DNA of 64,000 nucleotides from positions 5,120,001-5,184,000 of the forward strand of contig OZ244207.1 in NCBI GenBank assembly GCA_965216875.1, read 5' to 3'. A program made the translations under genes and the position numbers. The stretch is from Rubripirellula sp. (lineage in GTDB: Bacteria > Planctomycetota > Planctomycetia > Pirellulales > Pirellulaceae). Under the pieces are notes generated by a model, which worked only from the letters and a program-made list of their open reading frames with translations, ran no database searches and was not told the DNA's origin. Below, piece after piece: positions 9,490-19,273 of the stretch (the stretch's first letter is position 1; each line of letters starts with the position of its first letter).

Positions 9490-11511
9490 TTACGATGGGT
9501 CGTTGACGACCGGCTCTTCCGATTCCGATGGACTGGCTTCCTCGTCACTTGTCGGCTCCGACTCTTTCTCGGCTGCCTGTTTGGCTTGGATCGACAGTCC
9601 AATCAAGTCGGTCAACTCGGCTTCGCCAAGCTCTTCGTGTTCGAGCAACGACCGCGTGATCTTTTCGAGATCTTCACGATGTTCTCGAAGCAGTTGCTCG
9701 GCTTTTTGATCCGCTTCAAGCAAAATGCGAGCCACCTCTTCGTCGATCAACTCTTGCGTGTGCTCGCTGAATTGACGCGACTGATGAATCTCCCGTCCCA
9801 AGAACGGATCTTCGTCGCTCGTTTTGTAGCTGACCGGGCCGATCTTGGGACTCATGCCCCAGTGAGTGACCATGCGTCGCGCGATGCTGGTCGCCCGCTC
9901 AAGGTCATTCTCAGCACCAACGCAGGTCTCGGTGTAGACAATTTTTTCTGCCGCACGTCCGCCAAGCAGCACAATCAACTGGTGCTCAAGCTCGCGTTTG
10001 CTGATGCTCAATCGGTCTTCGTTGGGAACATATTGAGTCACACCAAGGGCGCGACCGCGCGGAATGATCGTGACCTTGTGGACAACATGAGCACCATCGA
10101 GGTGCCAGGCGGTCAAAGTGTGTCCCGCTTCGTGATAGGCCGTCTTTTCCTTCTCGCTATCCTGCAAGACCTCTTCGCGTTTGGCACCCATCAAGATCTT
10201 GTCGCGTGCGTGATCAAAATCACTCATGTCGACGATTTTCTTGTCATGTCGAGCTGCCCACAATGCAGCTTCGTTGACCATGTTTCGAATATCGGCACCT
10301 GTCAGACCGACGGTCCCGGCGGCAAGCCGCTTGAGGTCGACATTGTCCGACAGCGGTACGTCGCGGACGTGCACTTTGAAGATCGCTTCACGACCTTTCA
10401 TCGTTGGCCGCCCAACCGTGATGTGGCGATCGAATCGACCGGGTCGAAGCAGCGCTGGGTCAAGAACATCGGGACGGTTGGTCGCGGCAACCACGATCAC
10501 TGCTTGGCTTCCCGTAAAACCATCCATCTCGCCAAGGATTTGGTTCAACGTCTGTTCACGTTCGTCATGACCGCCGCCCAAGCCGGCGCCACGCTGTCGC
10601 CCAACCGCATCGATCTCGTCGATGAAGATGATCGCTGGGCTTTGTTCCTTGGCCGTCTTGAACAGGTCGCGAACACGGCTGGCACCCACACCGACAAACA
10701 TCTGGATGAACTCACTGCCGTTGACCGAAAAGAACGGCACTTCGGCTTCGCCGGCAATGGCGCGAGCCAAGAGCGTCTTTCCGGTTCCGGGAGGTCCATT
10801 GAGCAACACGCCCTTGGGAACTCGCCCGCCAAGCTTTTGGAACTTCTCAGGCGTTTTGAGGAAGTCGACGATCTCTTGAAGGTCTGCTTTGACGCCTTCC
10901 AAACCGGCAACATCACCAAAGGTGACCATCTTCTCGCTCGCTTCGAATCGCTTCGCAGGGCTCTTGCTGAACCCTGAGAGGAAACCTCCGCCCATGATGT
11001 CGCTACGCGTTCGCCGCAGCATCATGAATAGGAAGAAGAGAATCGCGAGCGGCAAAATAATGAACGCGATCAGACTGATAATCGTCTGAGTGTTATCAGG
11101 ATCGAGCTGGTTGAAGGAAACGTTCGCTTTTTCGAGGCGGGCTTCGAGCTGCGCGGCCGCCTCAGGGCCAACCGCACGATTGAAGACGAATTCCTTCTTG
11201 AATTGTTTGGGCTCGCCATTGTCGTCGAGCTGCGGCTTTTTGACCCCATCGACGTACACGGGCGGCATGTTCGGTGGAACTTTGAAGCTGCCGTAAACTC
11301 GGCGTTCACCGATTTTGACCATCTCGACATTGTCGAGCTCCAGCTGCTCGTAAAAGAAACTGGTCGCAATTGGCGAGCGGTCGTCGTCGCTTCGATAGAA
11401 CAGCAATGCCACCAGACCCGCGACGATCAAAGCGATCAGAAGCGAATTGTTATTCCGTCTGGGTTGGTTATCCGGTCCCGAAGGCCCGTTTGCGTCCGAC
11501 TTATTGTCCAT
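9490..11511 (-). CDS. ftsH: ATP-dependent zinc metalloprotease FtsH
   Basis: Two TM helices, [39 protein letters not shown]. Confidence 0.97.
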   Translation of the reverse strand: MDNKSDANGPSGPDNQPRRNNNSLLIALIVAGLVALLFYRSDDDRSPIATSFFYEQLELDNVEMVKIGERRVYGSFKVPPNMPPVYVDGVKKPQLDDNGEPKQFKKEFVFNRAVGPEAAAQLEARLEKANVSFNQLDPDNTQTIISLIAFIILPLAILFFLFMMLRRTRSDIMGGGFLSGFSKSPAKRFEASEKMVTFGDVAGLEGVKADLQEIVDFLKTPEKFQKLGGRVPKGVLLNGPPGTGKTLLARAIAGEAEVPFFSVNGSEFIQMFVGVGASRVRDLFKTAKEQSPAIIFIDEIDAVGRQRGAGLGGGHDEREQTLNQILGEMDGFTGSQAVIVVAATNRPDVLDPALLRPGRFDRHITVGRPTMKGREAIFKVHVRDVPLSDNVDLKRLAAGTVGLTGADIRNMVNEAALWAARHDKKIVDMSDFDHARDKILMGAKREEVLQDSEKEKTAYHEAGHTLTAWHLDGAHVVHKVTIIPRGRALGVTQYVPNEDRLSISKRELEHQLIVLLGGRAAEKIVYTETCVGAENDLERATSIARRMVTHWGMSPKIGPVSYKTSDEDPFLGREIHQSRQFSEHTQELIDEEVARILLEADQKAEQLLREHREDLEKITRSLLEHEELGEAELTDLIGLSIQAKQAAEKESEPTSDEEASPSESEEPVVNDPS

Positions 11512-11772
11512 GAATTGTGCCGATCAAGTACTTTCCCGTGGCTCAAATACCACGTATTGGCTGAGACTGCTGACATTCCTTGCGAGCAAGCCTAGCACGC
11601 TAAATTCACTGTAGTTGGCCGTCAAAGCGACGAATCGTCACCGGCAAGGTGGGCCACCTGACCGCCTTGGCGTCCCGGTTTGGACCCCCAACGACCAAAT
11701 GGTTCCCCAGATTGTACCGGCTGACCTCGAAAGTGACTAACCGCGATTGACACCCGGCAATCACCTATTCTT

Positions 11773-11860
11773 GGTCCGCTGGCGCTGTCCGCCTCGGTCC
11801 CCGCTGACGCTGTCCGCATGGTGCCCGCAGGCGCTGTCCACCTCGGTGCCCGCAGACTGC
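11773..11860. repeat. Imperfect ~24-bp tandem repeat (about 3.5 copies) between recQ and ftsH
   Basis: Units start at 11773, 11796, 11820 and 11845; consensus approximately GGTGCCCGCWGGCGCTGTCCRCCTC. Confidence 0.7.
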
Positions 11861-11903
11861 CCGCGGCCCGGCCAACGATCAGGGCTACGCCGAGCACCGA
11901 GTG

Positions 11904-14720
11904 CTACCGGCCCTCACTGGCAAGGCTGGCGACCGCCGCCTCGATTCTGCGACGACTCTCCTCATTGACCACCCAGTCGGACTGGACCGGATAGCCTGCT
12001 TCGGCTGCCGACACCAAATCGCCGACAAGCTGCCGATCATCGATTCGACGAATCAATAACACTTGATGCTGCGAATAGCCATCCCGCAGCAAACGCCATG
12101 TCCAATAGTAGGACGCGTCCGCCACGCCATCGCTCGCATTGCTGAAAGACGCATCAGCGAGGGCTACCTCGTCCTCTTCCAACATGCCAGAACTTTCCGT
12201 CGCGAGCGACTCGTCTTGATCACCGGCAAGGCCATCGTCGGAATCGGCATCAAGTACCTCTCCGACAGAAGACTCAACCGTCGCCTCTTGTTCCGATTGC
12301 TGAAGGGTGGCCGCCACGAGGGCCAAAATGTCTTCGCCGTACTGCTCGATGGTCGCCGCACCGATCCCCGAGACCGCCGCCAATTCTTCACAATTAGCTG
12401 GTTCGGCTTCCGCGACACGATCGATCGTGGCATTGGTCAAAACTCGGTAGGCAGGAATACCGAACGCCGCCGAGGTCTTGTGACGCCAACGTTTCAACTT
12501 GGCCACCAACTCTGCGTTGATCCCCGACTCCTGATCCGATTCTCCCGAGGAAGCGTCTGACTGCTTTGGCTGATCATCCGGCTCGACACTTCGCCCCGCG
12601 GCGGCAAGTCGTTTGGCGAGTGTTTTCGGCAATTGAATGAAATCAGGCATCGGGTCATGTTCGTGCATCACCCGACGTCCCACATCAGTAATGTGAATCG
12701 TTGGCCGACGCTCATCCACTTCCTTCTGTTCCAACAAACCGGCTTCGATCAACACATCCATGACTTGACCGACTTCGGTTTGGCGAAGCCCCGACATCAT
12801 GCCGTAAGTACTTAGACGATGAAGTTTCCACTGCTGTAGCTTCTTGTTCTTGGAACCGCACAGCATTTGCGAAACCATGATCTTGCCAAAGCGGCCGTGC
12901 ATTCGAGTGACGCCGCTCAGCACAACGCGAATGCCGCGGGTGAAGGCGTCGCGGTCGATCCCGTCGAGATGATTGACGCTGACCTCGTCGCCGCTCTTCA
13001 CACTGCTTGCGCCGATCGCATCACATCGGTCGCATGTCCCGCAGCTCTCTTTGGAATCATCGCCAAAGTAATTTAGAATCACTCGCTGTCGGCACATGGC
13101 GGTGCGTGCGAACGCGATGACCGCCTCAAGCTTCTCGTATTCCGACTTCTTGCGGCGTTCCAATTCGTCAAAGTCGATTTCGAGTTCGTTGAAGGGAACA
13201 TCACGCCTTGAAATATGGATCGCTCGGCCGCGAAAGGGTGGGACGTAGTCGAATGCCTTCAGCTTTTTCAGTTCGCGGAGCGTTCGTGAGAGTTGCTCAC
13301 GATCAACATCGGCCAGTTCCATCAATCGCTTTGGCCGCACAAAAACGTCATCGCCACGTCGCTCGCCGACAACGCGTTCGACGGCCTGCATCACTCGGCG
13401 ACGCAGCTTGGCTTCTTTGGGCAGGTAATCGAGCAGCGTGGGCGCGTCGCTATCGATCCGCAGCATTGCGTGATTCGAGTTGCTGTCCATTCGCTTCAGC
13501 ACGCCGGCACGAGCGAGCAACGTTTCCGCCGTTCCAATCGCCTCGCTGCCATCTTTGACGTTGATCGCTTGCCGCACTTCTTCGAGCGTCAATTCGATCG
13601 GATCTTGCTCGAGCCCCAGCAGGTATTCATAGACGCTCTTTACCGTCTCGCGGGACGGATAGCGATTCTCGATAAAGAACTCTTGGATGTATCGGTCGCT
13701 GTACGAAAACAGCAACACGCAATCGCTGTTATCGCCGTCGCGCCCGGCGCGACCAGCTTCCTGGTAGTAAGCTTCGAGACTGCCAGGCATGTTGTAGTGC
13801 ACGACATAGCGAATGTCGGACTTGTCGATCCCCATCCCAAACGCGTTGGTTGCGACAATCGCGCTCAATTTGCCCGACATGAAATCGTCTTGCACTTGCT
13901 TGCGTTGGTGTGGCTCGAGACCCGCATGATAAACACCGATCGGGCGTCCAAGACGTTGGGGCAACCACTCGGCAAGCTCTTCGCAACGTTTTCGAGTCGC
14001 CGCGTAAATGATGCCGGCACCTGTCTGCGCCGACAAATACGTTTGCAGTTGCTCTTCCTTGTCGCGATCCGAATTCGCGTGCAGCACTTTGAACCGCAGG
14101 TTCTTTCGCGCAAACCCCGTCACAAAGACGTGCGGCTTCTTCAACCCCAACAATTGGCCAATGTCGTCGCGAACCAACGGTGTCGCGGTGGCCGTGAGCG
14201 CAATGGTTTGAACGTTTTGCAGGTACCGCTCGCGAAACAGCCCCAGCCGCGAATAGTCCGGGCGAAAGTCGTGTCCCCATTCGCTCACGCAGTGCGCTTC
14301 GTCAACCGCAAGCAGAGTGACCTTGGCATCGGCGACCGCTTGCAGGAAACGGTTGTTCCGCAAGCGCTCCGGCGCGACGTAGACCATTTGCAGTTGGCCG
14401 GCCGCCATCTCGTTCATCACTTCCGCTTGCTCGCCGGCCGAAAGACTGCTGTTGATCAGTTTTGCCGAAATACCAAGTTGTTGCAGCGCATCCACTTGGT
14501 CCTTCATCAATGCGATCAAGGGCGAAACGACAATCGTGACGCCCTCGCGAGCCAAACTGGGAAGCTGGTAACAAAGACTCTTGCCACCCCCAGTCGGCAT
14601 CACGCACATCACGTCTTCGCCCGACGCAACGCTTTCGACAACGTCGCGTTGACCAGGCCGAAAATCCTTGAGCCCAAATCGCGAGAGCAGTGATGTAAGG
14701 TCAGCTACCGAGCCAGACAT
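11904..14720 (-). CDS. recQ: RecQ family ATP-dependent DNA helicase
   Basis: MPTGGGKSLCYQLP, VDEAHCVSEWGHDFRP, YYQEAGRAGRDG, zinc site CRQ...CGTCDRC, RQC and HRDC-like regions. Confidence 0.95.
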   Translation of the reverse strand: MSGSVADLTSLLSRFGLKDFRPGQRDVVESVASGEDVMCVMPTGGGKSLCYQLPSLAREGVTIVVSPLIALMKDQVDALQQLGISAKLINSSLSAGEQAEVMNEMAAGQLQMVYVAPERLRNNRFLQAVADAKVTLLAVDEAHCVSEWGHDFRPDYSRLGLFRERYLQNVQTIALTATATPLVRDDIGQLLGLKKPHVFVTGFARKNLRFKVLHANSDRDKEEQLQTYLSAQTGAGIIYAATRKRCEELAEWLPQRLGRPIGVYHAGLEPHQRKQVQDDFMSGKLSAIVATNAFGMGIDKSDIRYVVHYNMPGSLEAYYQEAGRAGRDGDNSDCVLLFSYSDRYIQEFFIENRYPSRETVKSVYEYLLGLEQDPIELTLEEVRQAINVKDGSEAIGTAETLLARAGVLKRMDSNSNHAMLRIDSDAPTLLDYLPKEAKLRRRVMQAVERVVGERRGDDVFVRPKRLMELADVDREQLSRTLRELKKLKAFDYVPPFRGRAIHISRRDVPFNELEIDFDELERRKKSEYEKLEAVIAFARTAMCRQRVILNYFGDDSKESCGTCDRCDAIGASSVKSGDEVSVNHLDGIDRDAFTRGIRVVLSGVTRMHGRFGKIMVSQMLCGSKNKKLQQWKLHRLSTYGMMSGLRQTEVGQVMDVLIEAGLLEQKEVDERRPTIHITDVGRRVMHEHDPMPDFIQLPKTLAKRLAAAGRSVEPDDQPKQSDASSGESDQESGINAELVAKLKRWRHKTSAAFGIPAYRVLTNATIDRVAEAEPANCEELAAVSGIGAATIEQYGEDILALVAATLQQSEQEATVESSVGEVLDADSDDGLAGDQDESLATESSGMLEEDEVALADASFSNASDGVADASYYWTWRLLRDGYSQHQVLLIRRIDDRQLVGDLVSAAEAGYPVQSDWVVNEESRRRIEAAVASLASEGR

Positions 14721-14929
14721 GATTTTTCAAAGAGACTGATGGGCCCGTAAACCGATAGGCCCGTGAAAAGACTGTCGTTATAAGAAGTACGCTTCCGCCC
14801 GGGCAGTATACGATGGCGGGTGGCAATTTTGAAACGGCCAACTTTTGGTCGCCGATCGCCAAAGCGCAGTCCCACTCACACTCAAACGGACTCGCTTAAA
14901 ACGCCCAATCAAACGACGGCCCTGACTTC

Positions 14930-15895
14930 ATGGATGCAATCAAACTTCAAGACAGCCACGTTTCTTTTTGCAAAAACCAGCCAATCCCGACGCCAGCCGA
15001 TGACGAGGTCTTGGTTGAGGTGCTGCAAGCGGGGATCTGCGAAACCGATCTACAACTTGCCCGCGGGTACATGGGATTCCAAGGAGTGCTGGGGCACGAA
15101 TTCGTTGGTGTCGCCCAATCGGGGCGATTCTCGGGTCGACGCGTCGTCGGCGAAATCAATTGCAACTGCCGGCAGTGCCCGCGCTGCGCGTCCGGCCTAG
15201 GAAACCACTGCCCCAATCGGACGGTCATCGGCATCGACAAACACGATGGTGCGTTTGCCCAGTTCGTCAGCGTCCCCGAACATTGCCTCCACCCCGTTCC
15301 TGAATCGATCAGCAATGACCAAGCCGTTTTGGTTGAACCGCTTGCCGCTGGCTTCCAGATCCTCAGTCAGGTTTCATTCACGAGCGAGACCTCCGTGCTG
15401 ATCCTTGGTGACGGCCGGCTCGCCTACATGTCGGCGCAAGCTTTACTGACCGTCGTCGCACCGGAAAACTTGTCGATCGTTGGCAAGCATTCAGCCAAGC
15501 TGGCTCGGTTTGATCGCTGGTCCATCACGACCCACCCGCTCAACCAACTTGAAAGCGTTGAAACCAAGTCGTTCGATGTCGTGATCGACTGCACAGGATC
15601 AAAGACCGGCTTACCGCTGGCACTCCAGATGGTTCGACCGCGAGGTACCGTGGTCCTCAAGACGACCGTCGCGGGGCATCACGATCTTTCATTGGCCGCG
15701 ATCGTGATCGACGAAATCAACATTGTTGGTTCTCGATGCGGTCCCTTCGCCAAAGCAATCGAAGCGTAAGAAAACGGCCAAGTCAACGTCGACGGACTTG
15801 TCACCCACCGCTATCGACTCGACCAAGCCGATGACGCTTTTCGGAAAGCGACCGACCCGGAAGCCTTCAAAGTCGTCTTCACTGTGGCCAACTAA
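14930..15895 (+). pseudogene. Zinc-binding (MDR) alcohol dehydrogenase interrupted by an in-frame TAA at 15767-15769
   Basis: GICETD, GHEFVG, CNCRQCPRC...HC. After AIEA* the same frame continues ENGQVNVDGLVTHRYRLDQADDAFRKATDPEAFKVVFTVAN*, a typical MDR C-terminus. Confidence 0.8.
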
Positions 15896-16148
15896 GTCGA
15901 GGGTAGCATCGTCCACATCCGCGATAGGTTCGCTCAATCGGCAGAGGCCGGCACGACGAACCAGCGGGCCGGTACGACGAACTGACCTTTTCGATCAGGG
16001 AAGGTGTCGCTGTCATATCGATAATCGTTGCAACCGGTACGAGATCTTCTGCTCGCCCCCCCGTTTTTGTGGATCGCCATCGGACTGAGGACTATCTTTT
16101 ACTGTCCTGAAGCCGCCCCTTTCGACCACATATCAAGGCGATTGTTCC

Positions 16149-16760
16149 ATGCCCAGGCCGCTGACGTTTCAGCTTGGCGAGTGCGAGTTCACTGGCACTC
16201 TCAAAAAAGTCGACCGCTCGAAGCTGTACGGCTACAAAGAAGTTCAAGCGTTGGATGACGAGAATGACACGTGTGATCTCGCCACGCTCGCCGGTGATGG
16301 ACGCACATTGATTGGACGCGGTGGCACAGGTCTTGGTTGGCTCGATGCCGACGGATGTTGGCAAGAAAAGTCCGACTTGAAACCCGTCGACAAAGACGGC
16401 AAAGAAATCGAACCGGTTGCGAGTTCATTTAGTGCGCCGGTCAAACTCTTCGACACTGCAACGACCGAAGACTACCTCGACCATAACGTTCGACTTGTCT
16501 ACGCCATGGACCTTGATGGCGACCTTGACGATGTGGTCGCCGAATTGAAACGAGGGACGATTTTCAAGTTCCCGTACAGCTATCGCGGCGGCCTCGAAGC
16601 CGACACCGCCTTTCTACTGACCAACGAAGCTGGCGAAATCATGATGGCTGTCGGCGATCCGGCAAGGATCGAATACATCGGCATGCAAAAGACCGCCGCA
16701 ACCGTTGTCGAAGAAGACAGCGAGGAAGAAGGCGGGCTGATGGACTTTGACATGATCTAA
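16149..16760 (+). CDS. Hypothetical protein, putative divergent Ku-core homolog (Ku-like A)
   Basis: 203-aa ORF with an acidic tail; its segment order matches the bacterial Ku core by eye (see findings). Confidence 0.7.
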   Translation: MPRPLTFQLGECEFTGTLKKVDRSKLYGYKEVQALDDENDTCDLATLAGDGRTLIGRGGTGLGWLDADGCWQEKSDLKPVDKDGKEIEPVASSFSAPVKLFDTATTEDYLDHNVRLVYAMDLDGDLDDVVAELKRGTIFKFPYSYRGGLEADTAFLLTNEAGEIMMAVGDPARIEYIGMQKTAATVVEEDSEEEGGLMDFDMI

Positions 16761-16805
16761 CGGTCGGCATCTTCTTGTCCCCATTCCATTGCAAGTGAGA
16801 TTCAC

Positions 16806-17519
16806 GTGGGCGAAATCAACCTCAGCAACAGTGCTGGACGCGATGCGGTCGTTTCAACCGATAGCGTCTCAAGCTCGAAACAAACGCGTTGGCTCGATCA
16901 ACAAAGCCGACAAGCGTCAAGTGTTCGTATCGCAAAGTCGACGGTCGAGCACGATATCGATTCGCTTCTGGAAAAACATGGCGACCTCTCGGCTCTTGCC
17001 GACGCTCTCGTTGTGTCGGACCCCGAAATCGATTTCGAAAACACCGGCCGCTTCTTGAGCGAAACGTCGCGCGTCTACATCGGCCAAGATCGAAAGATCG
17101 TCCGCAACGTTCGTTTCATGGAAATCGTCAAGAACGCCGATGGCTCGGTTCGCGAAGAACGGCCGCGTGTGCTTGCCGATACGAATGTCGCAGGCGAGTC
17201 GCCGCTGAAATGGTCCGGCGTCTACATCCCGAAAGACAAGGCGATTCGCAAGTTCGTCTTCTCAGGCAAAGTGCAATTGCATCACGTCAACGGCCTGACT
17301 TTCGACTTCCTGTTTGGGATGGCCAAGGAACTTCAGCAGCGCAATTGCTTGATGCTATTGGGCGCCGGATCGAAATCGAACCAACCTCTGATCCTTCGTC
17401 GCGGTGGCACGCCTTATCGCGGCTTCCTCGAAGGCCGAATTGAAGGGGACGAGTATTGCTTGTTGCTGCATTTCTCGAACCTCGAACTGAAACTTCCTGA
17501 ACCTGGCGAAGAAGACTGA
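16806..17519 (+). CDS. Hypothetical protein, putative divergent Ku-core homolog (Ku-like B)
   Basis: 237-aa ORF with a GTG start. The C-terminal half FVFSGKVQL..LFGMAKELQQRN..LILRRGGTPYRGFLEGR..YCLLLH resembles the Ku barrel. Confidence 0.7.
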   Translation: MGEINLSNSAGRDAVVSTDSVSSSKQTRWLDQQSRQASSVRIAKSTVEHDIDSLLEKHGDLSALADALVVSDPEIDFENTGRFLSETSRVYIGQDRKIVRNVRFMEIVKNADGSVREERPRVLADTNVAGESPLKWSGVYIPKDKAIRKFVFSGKVQLHHVNGLTFDFLFGMAKELQQRNCLMLLGAGSKSNQPLILRRGGTPYRGFLEGRIEGDEYCLLLHFSNLELKLPEPGEED

Positions 17520-17535
17520 CTGCGGGAGAACCAAT

Positions 17536-19179
17536 ATGAGCACTGCGACTGATCTGTTGGACCGCCAGCGGTTCGAAATCAAGATGGGCGACTATGGCGT
17601 GGGTACCTCACACGCTGTCGCCGATTCGAACATTCTTGCCAAGACGCAAGACTATCGTCGACAAGCCGGTTCACGGATGATCCCGCTGGGAAAATCGGAC
17701 ATCCGAGGAAAAATCCCAGCATCGGATTATCACGTCTCACGAAAAGTCGACGGTGAGTTTACGGTTTTGGTGTACCGCGACGGCGAGATCTTTTCGATCA
17801 ACCCTGGCGGAACTGTTCGCATCGGTCTGCCATGGCAAGCCGAAGCCGCCAAAGCACTCAAGAAAGCGAACATCAACGAAGCGATGATCGCTGGCGAGCT
17901 TTACGTTCACAATGAAGAACGTCGCCCGCGCGTCCATGATGTGAGCCAAGTCGCCAGGCAACCTGACAGCGAAGCCGACCTCCAACTTCTTTGCTTTGCC
18001 GTCTTCGATGTGATTTCCATCGATCAGCAGCCCGCAAGCGAAGCCTACGCGAGCACTTGGCAAACCATCGAAAGCCTGTTTGGTGGCGGCGATCTCGTTC
18101 ACCCCGTTGAAACTCGAATCATCGCCGACACCGGTGGCATCGAACAGCTGTTTGATAAATGGGTCGAGGGAGAAGATGCCGAAGGCTTGGTCGTGCGCAG
18201 CGACAGTGCGGGATCGTTCAAAGTCAAACCTCGCCACACCGTTGATGCGGTGGTGGTCGGATTCACCGAATCGACCGACGACCGTCAAGGCATGCTCCAT
18301 GACTTACTCGTCGCCGTGATGCGCGAAGACGGAACGTTTCAGATCCTTTGCCGAGTGGGCGGTGGCTTTGATGAAGACGAACGCCGGTCATTACTTAGCG
18401 ACCTGAAAGACATGGTCGTGCCAAGCGAATACGCCGAAGTCAATTCCGATTACGTCGCTTACCAAATGGTGCGTCCCAATTGGGTCATCGAGATCAGCTG
18501 CCTTGACATGATTTCGCAGACGACCCGTGGCGGCAACATCAACCGCATGGTGCTCGACTTCGACGCCGACGACACAGGCGGCTACAAAGTCGTCCGACGC
18601 CTTCCACTTGCAACCGTGATTTCACCCCAGTTCGTTCGCATTCGCGAAGACAAACAGGTGCATCCCAAAGATGTGCGTCTTGCTCAGGTGAGTGACCGTG
18701 TTGAAGTGGCGATGACCGAGCTGGACGCCAAGAACTTTAAGCTCCCCAAAACCGAAATCTTGCACCGCGAGGTCTACACGAAAGAATCGAAGGGCCAAAC
18801 GATGGTCCGAAAATTCGTTGTGCTCAAGACAAACAAAGAAGAAGAAACCGAAGAATACCCAGCGTTCGTGCTCCATTACACGGACTTCAGCCCGAACCGC
18901 AAGGATCCTTTGTCACGCGACGTTGCGGTCAGCGATTCGAAGGAACAGATCGAGGCACTTCTGCAGACCTGCAAAGACGAGAACATCAAAAAGGGTTGGA
19001 ACGCGGTAGGGGAGGGGAGTGCGGACGCGCAAGCGGTCGCCGTCGAGGAAGCCCCGAAAAAGACCGCGAAGAAGAAGGTGACCAAAAAGAAAGTCGCCAA
19101 GAAAAAAACGGCAACCGCTGAAAAAACCGACGCGGCACCGAAGAAAAAACGAGCCACCAAGAAAAAGAAGGCGAAGTAG
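17536..19179 (+). CDS. ATP-dependent DNA ligase (NTase + OB) with a WGR-like domain and a Lys/Ala-rich tail
   Basis: Motifs RKVDGE (I), AGELY (III), FAVFDV (IIIa), EGLVVR (IV), FKVKP (V); OB fold DAVVVGF..RVGGGF..PQFVRIREDK; RBS-like GGGAG upstream. Confidence 0.9.
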   Translation: MSTATDLLDRQRFEIKMGDYGVGTSHAVADSNILAKTQDYRRQAGSRMIPLGKSDIRGKIPASDYHVSRKVDGEFTVLVYRDGEIFSINPGGTVRIGLPWQAEAAKALKKANINEAMIAGELYVHNEERRPRVHDVSQVARQPDSEADLQLLCFAVFDVISIDQQPASEAYASTWQTIESLFGGGDLVHPVETRIIADTGGIEQLFDKWVEGEDAEGLVVRSDSAGSFKVKPRHTVDAVVVGFTESTDDRQGMLHDLLVAVMREDGTFQILCRVGGGFDEDERRSLLSDLKDMVVPSEYAEVNSDYVAYQMVRPNWVIEISCLDMISQTTRGGNINRMVLDFDADDTGGYKVVRRLPLATVISPQFVRIREDKQVHPKDVRLAQVSDRVEVAMTELDAKNFKLPKTEILHREVYTKESKGQTMVRKFVVLKTNKEEETEEYPAFVLHYTDFSPNRKDPLSRDVAVSDSKEQIEALLQTCKDENIKKGWNAVGEGSADAQAVAVEEAPKKTAKKKVTKKKVAKKKTATAEKTDAAPKKKRATKKKKAK

Positions 19180-19185
19180 CCGTCC

Positions 19186-19261
19186 TCGTCACCACGCTCC
19201 CGCGTGGTGACGCACTCTTCGGACGCTCCGCGTCCTCTGCGGACGTCATGCTCCGCATGAC
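19186..19261. repeat. Cluster of short palindromes (GCTCCGC-cored REP-like family G)
   Basis: GTCACCACGCTCCCGCGTGGTGAC, GGACGCTCCGCGTCC, GTCATGCTCCGCATGAC; the last recurs inverted at 47067-47083. Confidence 0.7.
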
Positions 19262-19273
19262 AATCGCTCGAAT

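Noticed and set aside
9016..10977. 653-aa plus-strand ORF
   Set aside because: Antisense shadow of ftsH/rsgA with no protein motifs.
13293..14693. 466-aa plus-strand ORF
   Set aside because: Antisense shadow of recQ.
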